Counted from the first letter of the stretch, positions 41,005 through 51,851 are shown. The stretch is DNA of 64,000 nucleotides from Minisyncoccota bacterium (GCA_041659005.1 JBAZZD010000003.1:2650-66649), one strand, 5' to 3'. Notes: generated by a model from the letters alone, not told the origin. Made by a program: numbers and translations.

Positions 41005-41259
41005 TTATGTCTTCTCTAATAAACTTAATAGGTCTTTTTCGATTTCTTTAAATGGTTTATTAATTATTTCTTTTTTTGGAATAATAAGCATTGGCGCAAC
41101 TCCTTTTTTTGTTTTTTTAACAATTACTCTCATTTGTCTCTTTATTTTGTTTCTTAACACTGCGGTTTTGAATATTTTTTTTGATAAAGAGAAGACGCAC
41201 GGCGTCTTTGTGTCGCGGTGCGTCTCTTTTTTAACAATGAAATATGTTCCCTCCACCAT
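41005..41259 (-). CDS. rnpA: ribonuclease P protein component
   Basis: Basic 84-aa protein with RNR-like KIKRQMR motif, position between rpmH and yidC. Confidence 0.7.
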   Translation of the reverse strand: MVEGTYFIVKKETHRDTKTPCVFSLSKKIFKTAVLRNKIKRQMRVIVKKTKKGVAPMLIIPKKEIINKPFKEIEKDLLSLLEKT

Positions 41260-41264
41260 AATAA

Positions 41265-41399
41265 CTATACGGTAAGTTTTTTTCTTCCTCTCGCACGTCT
41301 CCTCGCGAGCACTTTTCGTCCTCCAGGTGTGCTCGAACGCTCAAGAAATCCATGCGTTCCTGCTCTTTTTTTCTTCTTTGGTTGGTATGTTCTCTTCAT
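41265..41399 (-). CDS. rpmH: 50S ribosomal protein L34
   Basis: Translates to [44 protein letters not shown]; not in ORF track (44 aa). Confidence 0.85.
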   Translation of the reverse strand: MKRTYQPKKKKRAGTHGFLERSSTPGGRKVLARRRARGRKKLTV

Positions 41400-41615
41400 G
41401 TGTCGTTGCTACAAAACCTACGATACCACAGGGTCCTTGTTTCCGCAATAGAAATAGCAGCAGATTCATAAAAATGAGTTATCAACAAGAAGTGCACAGT
41501 TAGAGCATAAATGGTAACTTTATTCAATATTGAAAGATTATATAATACACGTATCATTGATTGAGAAAAGAATTGTTTTCTTTTCTTTTGAAGTGGGTGA
41601 ACAAAAAACAACATT

Positions 41616-42995
41616 ATGAACCACAACGAACTTTGGAAAACAGTACTTGGAGAAATTGAGGTTCAAATATCACGTCCAAATTTTCTTACGTGGTTAAAAA
41701 ATAGTGAGCTTGTTCAAAAAGATGAAAAAGAAGGGATTGCGCTCGTTGGACTTCCAAATAACTTTGCTAAAGAGTGGGTAAAAAATCGTTATCATAAAAT
41801 TATTCTTGGTTCTCTTCGTAACGTTGATAGCAGCATCAAACAGGTTACCTATACAGTCCTTAACCATGCGGCGCAACAACCAACAATAAGGAGGGGGGAG
41901 GTTGTTCGCGGACTTGAGCTTGTTGACGAAAAAGCAAATCCGATTTCCGAACTATCAATTAATCAAAAAACAAATTTAAATCCAAAATATTCTTTTGATA
42001 CATATGTTGTTGGATCATCAAACGAGCTCGCATTTGCTGCTGTCCAAGCAATTATTAATGATGTTGGAAAAAAATATAATCCTTTATTTATTTATGGCGG
42101 TGTTGGTTTAGGAAAAACTCATTTGTTGCAAGCAGCAGGAAATGAGGTAACAAAAAAATATGGAGGAAAAATCCGCGTTTTATATTCAACGTCTGAAAAA
42201 TTTATAAACGACGTCGTGTGGTCTGTGCGCAATAAACGCATGGAGGATATGAAAAAAAAATATCGCGACATTGATATGCTTATTATTGACGACATTCAAT
42301 TTATTGGTGGAAAACCAGCCACTGAATTGGAGTTTTTTTACACATTTAACGCTTTGTATGAAAATAATAAGCAAATTATTATTTCTTCTGATCGTTCTCC
42401 GGCAGCAATTCCAACACTCGAAGAACGTCTTCGTTCACGATTTGAAGGTGGGATGATAGCCGACATTTCCTACCCCGACTATGAAATGCGCTTGGCAATT
42501 TTAAAAACAAAGGCTCAAGACCAGAATAAACTGATTGATGATTGGGTTCTTGAATATATTGCATCAAAAGTGCAACGCAACATTCGTGAGGTCGAGGGAG
42601 TTCTAAATAAGGTTATTTTTTATGAGGACTACAAAAAGCAAAAAATAGATCAGAAGAAATTGGAGGATATTATTAATGAAACGGTTCAAATTAACCAGAA
42701 AAATGTAAGCGCTCAGGATATAATAAAGACAGTGGCAGAATTTTATGAAATATCACAGGCAGACCTTATAAATCGAGGAAGAAAACAGGAAGTCGTTGAA
42801 CCTCGACAAATTGCTATGTTTCTTCTTCGTGATATGTTAAAACTTTCATACCCACATATTGGAGAAAAGCTAGGGAAAAGAGATCACACAACAGTAATTC
42901 ATGCGTGTGAAAAAATTGGAAAAGAGCTTACGCAAAACCCAAACCTAAATCAAAAATTAATGCTTATAAAAGAAAAAATGTTTAAAACATGTTAA
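41616..42995 (+). CDS. dnaA: chromosomal replication initiator protein DnaA
   Basis: AAA+ Walker A GGVGLGKTHLL, DnaA box-binding C-terminal domain. Confidence 0.93.
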   Translation: MNHNELWKTVLGEIEVQISRPNFLTWLKNSELVQKDEKEGIALVGLPNNFAKEWVKNRYHKIILGSLRNVDSSIKQVTYTVLNHAAQQPTIRRGEVVRGLELVDEKANPISELSINQKTNLNPKYSFDTYVVGSSNELAFAAVQAIINDVGKKYNPLFIYGGVGLGKTHLLQAAGNEVTKKYGGKIRVLYSTSEKFINDVVWSVRNKRMEDMKKKYRDIDMLIIDDIQFIGGKPATELEFFYTFNALYENNKQIIISSDRSPAAIPTLEERLRSRFEGGMIADISYPDYEMRLAILKTKAQDQNKLIDDWVLEYIASKVQRNIREVEGVLNKVIFYEDYKKQKIDQKKLEDIINETVQINQKNVSAQDIIKTVAEFYEISQADLINRGRKQEVVEPRQIAMFLLRDMLKLSYPHIGEKLGKRDHTTVIHACEKIGKELTQNPNLNQKLMLIKEKMFKTC

Positions 42996-43189
42996 TAACT
43001 ATTGAATACCTGTGGAAAAATACCAGTAATAATTAGTTCGCCGTCTAATAACTTACAATCAAAACAAAAATAATCCACAATACACAGTTCTTATTTCTTT
43101 TTTCTCCACAGATGAAAACGTAAATAACGTTTATATAACCTAATAAAAACTCACTTATCCACTTATCCACACCACTTACTACTATTACT
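42996..43189. promoter_or_regulatory. putative oriC (dnaA-dnaN intergenic) with DnaA boxes
   Basis: Tandem TTATCCAC-TTATCCACA at 43162-43178 plus near-consensus boxes TAATCCACA and TGTGGAAAA; AT-rich. Confidence 0.6.
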
Positions 43190-44299
43190 ATGAAATGTAT
43201 TATATTAAAGAATAACTTAATAGAAGGGATGAATGCAGTTGAGCGATCAACGGGGTTTTCTTCTAACCTTCCAATTTTGAAGGATGTTTTAATAAAAACG
43301 GATCAAGGAAAAATTGTTTTTATTGCAACTAATCTTGAATTGGCAGTTACTGAAATAATTTCAGGGAAGGTTATTGAAGATGGTGTTGTTGCTGTTCCAT
43401 TTTCTATTTTTTCTTCAGTAGCAAAAAATTTAACATCAGACAGAATTACACTTGAAGAACAACAGGGAAATCTCTTGGTTGCTACCGATAATTATGATGC
43501 GGTTGTACAAGGACATGATGTAAAGGAATTTCCTATAATTCCAACACTTTCAACAAAAGATTTTTTTGTAAAACTTGATGTTAAATTATTTAGCGAAATT
43601 TTAGAAAAAGCGATAATTGCAACTCAATATTCTGAAATAAGGCCAGAAATAAGCGGTGTATTTTTAAAATATTCTCGCGATCACCTCATAGTGGCTGCAA
43701 CTGATAGTTTTCGCCTCGCAGAACGTGTCATAAGCTCAAATCAAGCATCCTCCTCGTTTGATGAGTCGTCAGTTATAATTCCGTTTAAAACAGCTGAAGA
43801 ACTAATACGAATACTTAAAAATGAAAAAGGAGAAATAATAATAAAGAGTGATGAGGGGCAGGTAGTATTTATTACCGAAAAAACAGAAATGGTTTCTCGA
43901 GTAGTTGATGGTATATTTCCTGAATATAAAGCCATCATTCCAAAAACAACAGAAAACGAAGTGACAATTGAACGAATTGAATTTATTAACGCATTAAAAC
44001 TTGCAAGTAGTTTTTCTGGAAAAACAAATGATATCACCGTTACTATTGGTGAAAGTAAAAAATATCTTGAATTATCTTCGGCTGATGCAACACTTGGAAA
44101 GAATTGTTATAAAATTCCAATAAAATTTAAAGGAAACCCACTTTCAATAATTTTTAATTGGAAATTTCTCCTCGATGGATTAAAAATATATTCTTCAAAA
44201 GAAATTACTATTGGTATTAATTCTAGAGAAAGACCGGCAGTTATTAAATCACAAAACGAACAAGATATTGTGTATGTGGTTATGCCAATAAGGAATTAA
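43190..44299 (+). CDS. dnaN: DNA polymerase III beta sliding clamp
   Basis: Three-domain clamp architecture, start MKCIILKNNLIEG. Confidence 0.9.
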   Translation: MKCIILKNNLIEGMNAVERSTGFSSNLPILKDVLIKTDQGKIVFIATNLELAVTEIISGKVIEDGVVAVPFSIFSSVAKNLTSDRITLEEQQGNLLVATDNYDAVVQGHDVKEFPIIPTLSTKDFFVKLDVKLFSEILEKAIIATQYSEIRPEISGVFLKYSRDHLIVAATDSFRLAERVISSNQASSSFDESSVIIPFKTAEELIRILKNEKGEIIIKSDEGQVVFITEKTEMVSRVVDGIFPEYKAIIPKTTENEVTIERIEFINALKLASSFSGKTNDITVTIGESKKYLELSSADATLGKNCYKIPIKFKGNPLSIIFNWKFLLDGLKIYSSKEITIGINSRERPAVIKSQNEQDIVYVVMPIRN

Positions 44300-46728
44300 T
44301 TCTGAGATCGATAAATAATTGTTGAGGCACTCGCTTCGTTTCCTGAAATATTTTTAGCTCTTATTTCAAAAGTATTTTGAGTTTCAAGAGGAGCAGAATA
44401 ATTGTATGAAAAAACATATGCATTTCCAGAAACGGGAAATGATTGTATTTTGTTTTTATTTACGTATAACTCAACTTGTTGAAGTTCTATACTCGGAGAA
44501 ACTATCTTAGCTCTTATTGTAAACGGACTTCGTAAAAAAGAACCTGTTTTTGGTTCTATATACGAAACACCAATAGGACCAGAGAAAGAATATGAAGTGA
44601 CAGATTGTTTTAATGAGAGTCCAGAACCACGAGCCCACGCAGAAACAGCAGCTTCCCAATTTTGATACTGAAAATCATTCCATGGATTAGTTGGGATTGG
44701 GCCAGTTGGGTTGTTTTTATCTACAAAATAAAGAATTGAATGAATTCCATAAGAAGTTTTCCATTCCCCATTTAACATTGGTTTTTCAGGGAGCGGAGAC
44801 GGTTCATTTTTGTTGAAATATTCTGGCTCAAACTGTGGCAGTGCGTCTTTTAAAAATGTATTCCACATCGGTATTGCTGCAAGGATGCTACTTCCCTGAC
44901 TATGCATTGCTGTGTTGTTATTATTTCCCGCCCACACACCAACTACAAGATTTGGGGTATATCCAAATGCCCACGCATCACGATAATCTTGTGTAGTTCC
45001 TGTTTTTAAAGCCACATCATATCCATCAAGCGTAGTAAGTCCTAGACTTGCTTGAAACGTTGGAGAACGAAGTTCTTTACTTGAAAGAATAGAATTTATT
45101 TCTCTTGTGTATGATTCGTCAAATACACGTTCATTTTTGTCTTTATATTCTTCTAATGTTTCACCGTTTGCTGTTTCAACTCTTAAAATCATACTCTGTT
45201 CATGAAGAACACCTTCTTGAGAAAGCACTGAATACGCCTTTAAAAGCTCCACAGGACGCACTTCTCCGCCTCCAAGAGTAAGAGTGAGGCCATACCGTGA
45301 TTTGTCCTTTAGTGTGGTAATTCCGAACGAGGAAAGATTTTTAATAATTGAATCAAGCCCAACAAGATATAACGTTTTTACCGCGGGTACATTGAGTGAT
45401 TGAGCAAGTGCTTGTTCCATAAAAACCGGCCCACGAAACTCTCCGTCAAAATTTTCCGGGCGATAACTGTATTCTGGTATTCCCCGTGTATCAAATTCTG
45501 TTTCTACATCAAACAATATAGTTTTTGGAGAATATCCTTTTGAAAAAGCGGTGAGATACACAAACGGTTTTAGTGCGGAGCCCGGTTGTCTTTTTCCTTG
45601 AAGTGCAACATTAAAATTTCCATCAAAAAGACAGTTTACCCCAGGCGTACATCCATTTGGTTCTGGGTCTCCAAAATAATCTTTTGATCCAACAAGGGCT
45701 AAAAGTTGTCCTGTTTTTGGATCTTCAACAATAAGGGCCGCATTTGTACCGCCGTATAATTCTGAGTTTTTCTTAGCCCCATCTTTTACTACTTCTTCTG
45801 CGAGGGTTTGTAATTTTGTATCAAGTGTCGTTGTAACTTTTAGTCCACCACTTGTTACGAGTGTTTCGCCATATTTCTGTACTAAATAGTCACGAACCGC
45901 AAGGGCAAAATGTGGTGCAAATATTTTTCCGAGTGAAGGCGGAGCAAAAACCGGTCGTTCTTTTTTTGATAATTCTGCAATATTTTTATTTATATATCCA
46001 AGTTCCTCCATTCGTGAAAGAACATAATCTCTTCGCGTAAGCAACTCCTGTTTTTGATTTCCCCACGGAGAATAATATGATGGGGCCTTTATCATGCTTG
46101 CAAGAATCGCTGCATCACTTATCGAAAGATTTTTTGCTGATTTATTAAAATAAAGTTGTGCGGCAGATTCTATTCCATATGCGGTTGATCCGTAGGGGAT
46201 TTGATTAAGATAAAATCCAAAGATTTCATCTTTTGAATATTTTGATTCAAGTTGTATTGCGAGAATTAATTCTTTTATTTTTCTTGTGTAAGTCCTCTCA
46301 TCAGAAAGAAGTGTCTTTTTAACCAATTGCTGTGTTATGGTGGATCCTCCTTGGGTGATCTTTCCCGATCTAATATTGTTCCACATAGCACGCACAATTG
46401 CTTTCCAATCAAATGCGGGTTGATGATAAAAATCACTATCTTCAGCGGCAAGTGTTGCCTGTTTTACTACTTCTGGTATTTCGCTAAATGGTATTACGGT
46501 CCTTTTTTCGTCGCCGTGTATTTCGTATATAAGGAATTTTCCAGTTCGGTCATAGAGTTTTGTTGTCTGGTTTACTGCGCGTTCACCAAAATTTTCTGGA
46601 GAAGGAAGTTTCTGTAACATCAAAACGATAAAAACAAAAACAACAACAACACACGCAATGATACCAAAAAAGAACGTTGCGAAAAGAAGTGGATATTGAT
46701 GTTTTTTATTTTTCATAAAATGGATCAT
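44296..46728 (-). CDS. class A penicillin-binding protein (glycosyltransferase GT51 + transpeptidase) with C-terminal extra domain
   Basis: GT51 motifs EDSDFYHQ, GGSTITQQLVK; transpeptidase SxxK/SxN/KTG. Confidence 0.85.
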   Translation of the reverse strand: MIHFMKNKKHQYPLLFATFFFGIIACVVVVFVFIVLMLQKLPSPENFGERAVNQTTKLYDRTGKFLIYEIHGDEKRTVIPFSEIPEVVKQATLAAEDSDFYHQPAFDWKAIVRAMWNNIRSGKITQGGSTITQQLVKKTLLSDERTYTRKIKELILAIQLESKYSKDEIFGFYLNQIPYGSTAYGIESAAQLYFNKSAKNLSISDAAILASMIKAPSYYSPWGNQKQELLTRRDYVLSRMEELGYINKNIAELSKKERPVFAPPSLGKIFAPHFALAVRDYLVQKYGETLVTSGGLKVTTTLDTKLQTLAEEVVKDGAKKNSELYGGTNAALIVEDPKTGQLLALVGSKDYFGDPEPNGCTPGVNCLFDGNFNVALQGKRQPGSALKPFVYLTAFSKGYSPKTILFDVETEFDTRGIPEYSYRPENFDGEFRGPVFMEQALAQSLNVPAVKTLYLVGLDSIIKNLSSFGITTLKDKSRYGLTLTLGGGEVRPVELLKAYSVLSQEGVLHEQSMILRVETANGETLEEYKDKNERVFDESYTREINSILSSKELRSPTFQASLGLTTLDGYDVALKTGTTQDYRDAWAFGYTPNLVVGVWAGNNNNTAMHSQGSSILAAIPMWNTFLKDALPQFEPEYFNKNEPSPLPEKPMLNGEWKTSYGIHSILYFVDKNNPTGPIPTNPWNDFQYQNWEAAVSAWARGSGLSLKQSVTSYSFSGPIGVSYIEPKTGSFLRSPFTIRAKIVSPSIELQQVELYVNKNKIQSFPVSGNAYVFSYNYSAPLETQNTFEIRAKNISGNEASASTIIYRSQN

Positions 46729-46775
46729 AAACTTTCTTTAGAACACACACATTCATTATAAATTATAAAGAAAAA

Positions 46776-46811
46776 CAAACCCCCGCGATAATGCAGGGGT
46801 TTGTTTTTTTC
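46776..46811. terminator. bidirectional-looking intrinsic terminator hairpin
   Basis: aaaccccc...ggggttt stem flanked by A-run and T-run. Confidence 0.5.
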
Positions 46812-46819
46812 AACTATTA

Positions 46820-47023
46820 CTAGTATTGATCAATCTCTTCATCGTCTGAAAATGAACTTATGTCTAACTTGTCATCTTCAACCCCATCTTTTGATGATGG
46901 ATCAAATATCTCATCCTCTAAAAGCCCCTCTTCTCCAGTTGAAATTCCGTCGTTGTGCAATTTTCGCATTGTATAAATAAAGGTGTACGTTGTTTTCGAC
47001 CTAAAACCCAATAGGGTATACAC
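46820..47023 (-). CDS. hypothetical small acidic protein (GTG start; ATG alternative at 46969)
   Basis: ORF only, followed by terminator. Confidence 0.25.
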   Translation of the reverse strand: MYTLLGFRSKTTYTFIYTMRKLHNDGISTGEEGLLEDEIFDPSSKDGVEDDKLDISSFSDDEEIDQY

Positions 47024-47063
47024 GCAATGAAGGTCAGTATAGTAAAAATATAAAATGTGTCAA

Positions 47064-47076
47064 CCCCATTAGAGAT
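47064..47076 (+). repeat. CCCGTTAGAGA-family short repeat (copy)
   Basis: ccccattagagat; inverted partner at 47156-47167. Confidence 0.5.
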
Positions 47077-47155
47077 AGGGAAAAAAATATCAATATCTAT
47101 AGCAGTAAATGAGGCACAAAAATAATATTATTATACAACAAGAATTTAACCATAA

Positions 47156-47167
47156 AATCTCTAACGG
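47156..47167 (-). repeat. CCCGTTAGAGA-family short repeat (inverted copy)
   Basis: tctctaacgggg. Confidence 0.5.
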
Positions 47168-47180
47168 GGTCAACGGAATA

Positions 47181-47657
47181 TCAACCGATGTGATGGTTTT
47201 TTGCTGAGCCGGCAATGGCGGCAGCAATTGCGTCGGTTGCGTCATCTAAAACAGAAGATAAATCAATTTTAAAAAATAACGAGATCATTTTTTTCACCGC
47301 ATCTTTTGATGCCGATCCATTACCTGTTATCGCTAGTTTTATCTGTTTTGGTGTAAATTCTAAAATGGGAACGGCATATTCAGAAAGTGTTTGAGCTATA
47401 ACGCCACGAGCCTCAGCAACAGAAAGGGCCGTCTTTTGATTATTTGTAAAAAAAAGTGATTCAATAACAGCGCGATCTGGTTTTTGTTTTTTGATTATTA
47501 AAACAAGAGATTTTCTAATTTCGCATAAACGCTCTCCATGGGTTTTTTTATTTTCTGAGAGAACGCCAAATTCTTTTACTGTAAAAACCGTATTTTCTAC
47601 GGTTATTATTCCATATCCAGCGCGTGCAGTTCCAGGATCTATTCCAAGAATTTTCAT
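47181..47657 (-). CDS. ruvC: crossover junction endodeoxyribonuclease RuvC
   Basis: MKILGIDPGTARAGYG start with catalytic Asp, RNase H fold size. Confidence 0.85.
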   Translation of the reverse strand: MKILGIDPGTARAGYGIITVENTVFTVKEFGVLSENKKTHGERLCEIRKSLVLIIKKQKPDRAVIESLFFTNNQKTALSVAEARGVIAQTLSEYAVPILEFTPKQIKLAITGNGSASKDAVKKMISLFFKIDLSSVLDDATDAIAAAIAGSAKNHHIG

Positions 47658-47659
47658 AA

Positions 47660-48973
47660 CTAAAACCCAACCTTTGACACTTCGCGCTGAGGAACAAGAG
47701 ACCTATCTAATGGAATTAATATAGAAAATGTTGTTCCTCGGTTTACTTCTGATTCTACTTCTATTTTCCCTCCATGTTGCTCAATAATATTTTTTGCTAT
47801 ATATAAGCCCAGCCCACTTCCATTTGGTTCTATTTGTACCACATTTGATCCACGATGAAGTTTTTGAAAGAGTTTTTGTAAGTCTATCGCGGGAATACCA
47901 ACGCCAGTATCCGAGATGGAGACTTTTATAAATGGTTTCGATTCTATTGGAAACACAGAAATAAGAATCCTTCCATTTTTTATATTGTACCTAATTGCAT
48001 TATCAATAATATTAAAAAATACTGCACTGAGTCTATTTTCATCAATATAGACCGGGACTGACTCGGAGAAACTTTCAAATTTTATTGATACGGAATATGC
48101 ATCAGCGAGCGATTTCATGTCGGCAAGAATCTTCTTTAAAAATGGGATAAGATCCTCATCTTTAAAAGAATATCCAAAGCGTCCTTCTTCGATTTTTGAG
48201 ATATCGAGCAAGTCATTGGTGATTTTTGATGCTCTATTCGCAACCGATAATGCCTCTTTTGCAATTGGATAAATTGTTTCGTTTCCTTTGCTATATTCAA
48301 CAATATTTTCAAGCGCCCAATGAAGCGCAGTAATTGGGGTTCTTAGTTGGTGTGCGGCAACATTAATAAAGTCTGTCTTTGCCTCAAGGACGCTTTTTTC
48401 TCGTGTGTGGTCTTTTATTACTTTTAAAAATCCAATCAAAGTGCCATCTTTGGTGGTTACTTGATTAAGCACCGCTTCTAACTCAAGTTTTGGTGCATCA
48501 AGAGAAATAGTTACGATTTGTGGCCACGTTCCCGGTTCCGATGTTTGTAGTGCCGCGGGAGCAAGAGAAGGAAAGAGTACCTGAATGAGCGGTTTTAATT
48601 CGTGCACCTTTGCAAGCCCAGGTTCCATTTGTTTTTCCAATACAACTTCTTTTGAAACACCCAAGAGTGACTCTGCTGCGTGATTAAATGTTTTAACAAT
48701 AAAGTTCGTATCGTATACGATTATTCCGTCATGCAAATATTCAATAATTGCCTCTTTCTCGTCATCCTTAAACTTTGTTTCAAAAGATAATCGTGTTATC
48801 TTTGCAAACGCTAGAAACGATATCCACGTAATACACCCAAAGAGAAATACTCCGCAAATAATAATGATCAATGTGTTATTAATAAAAAAAAGACACAGGA
48901 GAAAGATAACACACGAAAGAAGAAGCGCGAACCAGCGAATTTCTTTTGATTTAAAAAGTGAATTATTTATCAT
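47660..48973 (-). CDS. sensor histidine kinase (TM, PAS, HisKA, HATPase_c)
   Basis: H-box HQLRTPITAL, G-boxes GSGLGLYIAKNII; no adjacent response regulator. Confidence 0.8.
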   Translation of the reverse strand: MINNSLFKSKEIRWFALLLSCVIFLLCLFFINNTLIIIICGVFLFGCITWISFLAFAKITRLSFETKFKDDEKEAIIEYLHDGIIVYDTNFIVKTFNHAAESLLGVSKEVVLEKQMEPGLAKVHELKPLIQVLFPSLAPAALQTSEPGTWPQIVTISLDAPKLELEAVLNQVTTKDGTLIGFLKVIKDHTREKSVLEAKTDFINVAAHQLRTPITALHWALENIVEYSKGNETIYPIAKEALSVANRASKITNDLLDISKIEEGRFGYSFKDEDLIPFLKKILADMKSLADAYSVSIKFESFSESVPVYIDENRLSAVFFNIIDNAIRYNIKNGRILISVFPIESKPFIKVSISDTGVGIPAIDLQKLFQKLHRGSNVVQIEPNGSGLGLYIAKNIIEQHGGKIEVESEVNRGTTFSILIPLDRSLVPQREVSKVGF

Positions 48974-51365
48974 AGTGAAACGATTTCATTGATCCCCACG
49001 TTACGCCAATTTTAGTATCAACTGATAAAGGAATAGAAAGTTTCTCAACTGTTTCCATGCAGTCCCGTATTTTTGGTGAGATTGTATTTATAATATCATT
49101 TTTTACTTCGACTAAAAGCTCGTCATGAATAGTAAGGAGCGGAATCACGGTGTGTAGGTGGTTGCCACTTTCAATAAAAGAAAAGAGAGAAATTATCGCC
49201 AACTTCATAATATCTGCTCCATGACTTTGAAGTGGCATATTAATAATTGCTCGCTCAAGCTCCGCAAAGCGATCTTCTGGAAAAAATCTCTTTCTTCCAT
49301 TGCTATTTTCAACAAACTCATTCTTTTTTGCAAAATCTTTTATTTGGTTTTGCCATACAGAAACAGCAGGGAAGGAAGAAAAGTATTCATCCATAAATTT
49401 TTTTGAATCATTAATACTAATTCCGCTTGTTTTAGAAAAGGCACGCGATCCCATGCCGTAAATAATTCCGAAGTTTAATGTTTTTGCGACTCTTCGTTCT
49501 TGTTTTGTTATGTCGTCAGTCTTTTTATTAAAAATTTTTGATGCGGTGATTGTGTGGATATCTTTGTTTCCAATAAATGCCTGAATGAGCGTCGTATCTT
49601 TTGATTCGTGGGCGAGGAGACGAAGTTCAAGTTGTGAATAGTCAAAAGAAAGAAAAGAAAATCCAGCACGAGCAACAAAAGAATCTCTGATTTTTGATGA
49701 CCAAATAGATTCCTGGGGTATATTTTGGAGGTTTGGTTTCTCCGATGAGAGGCGGCCGGTTCCGGTGCCTGTTTGCAAATATGTTGTGTGAACCATTCCC
49801 TCGACCGAAAGCGAAAGAAGTGGTTCTACAAAACCTGAAAGCATTTTTGTATCTTCTCGGTACAATAATATTTTTTCAATAATTGGATGTGAGGAAGATA
49901 GGGACTCAAGAGTTTCTCTATCCGTTTTTATTTGTCCCGTCTTTGTTTTTTTTGTTTTTCCAAAAACACCTAGTTCTTGGAGGGTCTCGCCTACCTGTTT
50001 TGGTGACGAGATGTTGAACTGGATTCCAGCAAGTGCAATTATTTCTTTTTCTAATTGTGAAATTGTATTTGTTATTTCTTTTTTTAGTTCTTCTAGGGCG
50101 CTTTTATTTACTGAAATTCCCGATTGCTCCATTTGTGCAAGGAGTGGAATGAGTGGCATTTCGAATCTTTTATAAACGGAAAGTAGATTGTGTTTTTCAA
50201 GTTGCCCAAGAAGCAAATGTGTAATTGTTTGTATTGATTCCTTGTCTTGCACAATCACATCTTTCCTTAAGTATTTTTTTGCGATATATGCATACGAAGG
50301 TTTTGATATATCAGGATCTAATAACCAAGACATTATTGATATATCAAAAATGTTCTTAGGAATTTGTATGTGTTTTTCTATACAATCTTTACTAACTTGT
50401 TTCCAATCAAAGGCGGCGTAAGATAGATCGTCATTTTTTATATCAAGACATGAAAGAACCGGAATTATAATGGCCTGATTTTTTATTGAGCTATTTGTTT
50501 CCACCATAGATTCTTCTGGAAGAAGGTTTTTGAATCCAAGTTTCAAAAAAAACGGTCGCGCATGTGGATTTTCTTCAATGCGATGGTAAATAAAATCTGA
50601 CAATATGCGGCTTATTGGAATATCTTTTCTTATTGTAGCAAGGTGTTTTGAGAGAAGCGCAATATCTTTATAAGGAAGAATTTTTTTTAAGAAGGGGTCA
50701 GATAGATTTGTTTCTTTAAATATATCTTCGACTATTGAAAAAAGTGATAAAAGCTTCAGTGCTGTTTTTGGACCGACGCCAGGAATTCCCGGAATGTTAT
50801 CTGATGCGTCACCTACGAGACCTTTATAATCGATTACTCTGTTTGGTAGAACACCAAGTTTTAAAAATACATCTTTTTCTCCATATTCTTTCATTTCGCT
50901 TAGCCCTTTTTGTGGGGTTTTTACCGAAACGAGTCCATCTCGTACTAATTGAAGGGAATCAAGGTCGCCAGTGAGAATTGTTATGTGAACATCTTTTGAT
51001 GCAAATTTTTCGGCGAGTGTGCCAATAATGTCGTCTGCCTCGTATCCTGCTGCATCGACTATTGGGATTGAGAGAGTAGAAAAAAGATTTCGTGATATTT
51101 CAAATTGTGAAATAAGTTCATCGGGGGTCGTTGGGCGATTTGCTTTATACTCACTAAATTCTGATTTTCTAAAAGTTTCTTCTGGTCTATCAAATGCCGC
51201 CACAACATAGTCTGGATTGTGATCCCTCAGTGTTTTAATTAACATTCTGGCGAGCCCATACACCGCACCGATCGGTTGTCCATCTGGCGTGGTAAGTGGC
51301 GGAAGCGCATGGTATGCACGGTGAATAAGTGCGTGAGAGTCAATGAGAAGAAATTCTTTTTTCAT
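48963..51365 (-). CDS. polA: DNA polymerase I
   Basis: 5'-3' exonuclease N-terminus, pol motif A DYSQLELR and motif B RRVAKTLNFGIIYG. Confidence 0.9.
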   Translation of the reverse strand: MKKEFLLIDSHALIHRAYHALPPLTTPDGQPIGAVYGLARMLIKTLRDHNPDYVVAAFDRPEETFRKSEFSEYKANRPTTPDELISQFEISRNLFSTLSIPIVDAAGYEADDIIGTLAEKFASKDVHITILTGDLDSLQLVRDGLVSVKTPQKGLSEMKEYGEKDVFLKLGVLPNRVIDYKGLVGDASDNIPGIPGVGPKTALKLLSLFSIVEDIFKETNLSDPFLKKILPYKDIALLSKHLATIRKDIPISRILSDFIYHRIEENPHARPFFLKLGFKNLLPEESMVETNSSIKNQAIIIPVLSCLDIKNDDLSYAAFDWKQVSKDCIEKHIQIPKNIFDISIMSWLLDPDISKPSYAYIAKKYLRKDVIVQDKESIQTITHLLLGQLEKHNLLSVYKRFEMPLIPLLAQMEQSGISVNKSALEELKKEITNTISQLEKEIIALAGIQFNISSPKQVGETLQELGVFGKTKKTKTGQIKTDRETLESLSSSHPIIEKILLYREDTKMLSGFVEPLLSLSVEGMVHTTYLQTGTGTGRLSSEKPNLQNIPQESIWSSKIRDSFVARAGFSFLSFDYSQLELRLLAHESKDTTLIQAFIGNKDIHTITASKIFNKKTDDITKQERRVAKTLNFGIIYGMGSRAFSKTSGISINDSKKFMDEYFSSFPAVSVWQNQIKDFAKKNEFVENSNGRKRFFPEDRFAELERAIINMPLQSHGADIMKLAIISLFSFIESGNHLHTVIPLLTIHDELLVEVKNDIINTISPKIRDCMETVEKLSIPLSVDTKIGVTWGSMKSFHYDK

Positions 51366-51842
51366 TTATTGTGATAATTTTATTGTGATTAATCGGGTTT
51401 CGTTTGTTTTATGTTTTAGTGTTACAGAGCCACAAGATTTAACGATTTTTGACGACACCCTCTCTGGCCATTCAATAAAAATAATAAATGACGGGTCGTT
51501 TAAAAATGAATGAATTTCAAGTTGTTCTAAGTCGTGAAAAGATGAAAGGCGATACGCATCAATGTGAATGAAATTTTTATAATATTTTGATTGAATTGGA
51601 AAGCGTTTAATTAACACAAATGTCGGGCTCGTTATCCTTTTTTTTACATCAAAACCTTTCGCAGCCCCTTTAGTAAACGTTGTTTTTCCGGTACCGAGAT
51701 CACCACGCAAGGTTATTACTCTTGCGCGAGTAAGAGGCGGGGTGCTTTTGATAATGACGCCGAAGCGCTCCCCAATCTTTTTTGTTTCATCCGCTGAAGA
51801 CGATATAAATGATGAAGAAAAAACAAACACACTCTTTTTCAT
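51366..51842 (-). CDS. tsaE: tRNA threonylcarbamoyladenosine biosynthesis protein TsaE
   Basis: P-loop GDLGTGKTTF, SPTF motif. Confidence 0.75.
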   Translation of the reverse strand: MKKSVFVFSSSFISSSADETKKIGERFGVIIKSTPPLTRARVITLRGDLGTGKTTFTKGAAKGFDVKKRITSPTFVLIKRFPIQSKYYKNFIHIDAYRLSSFHDLEQLEIHSFLNDPSFIIFIEWPERVSSKIVKSCGSVTLKHKTNETRLITIKLSQ

Positions 51843-51851
51843 ATTGAGATG

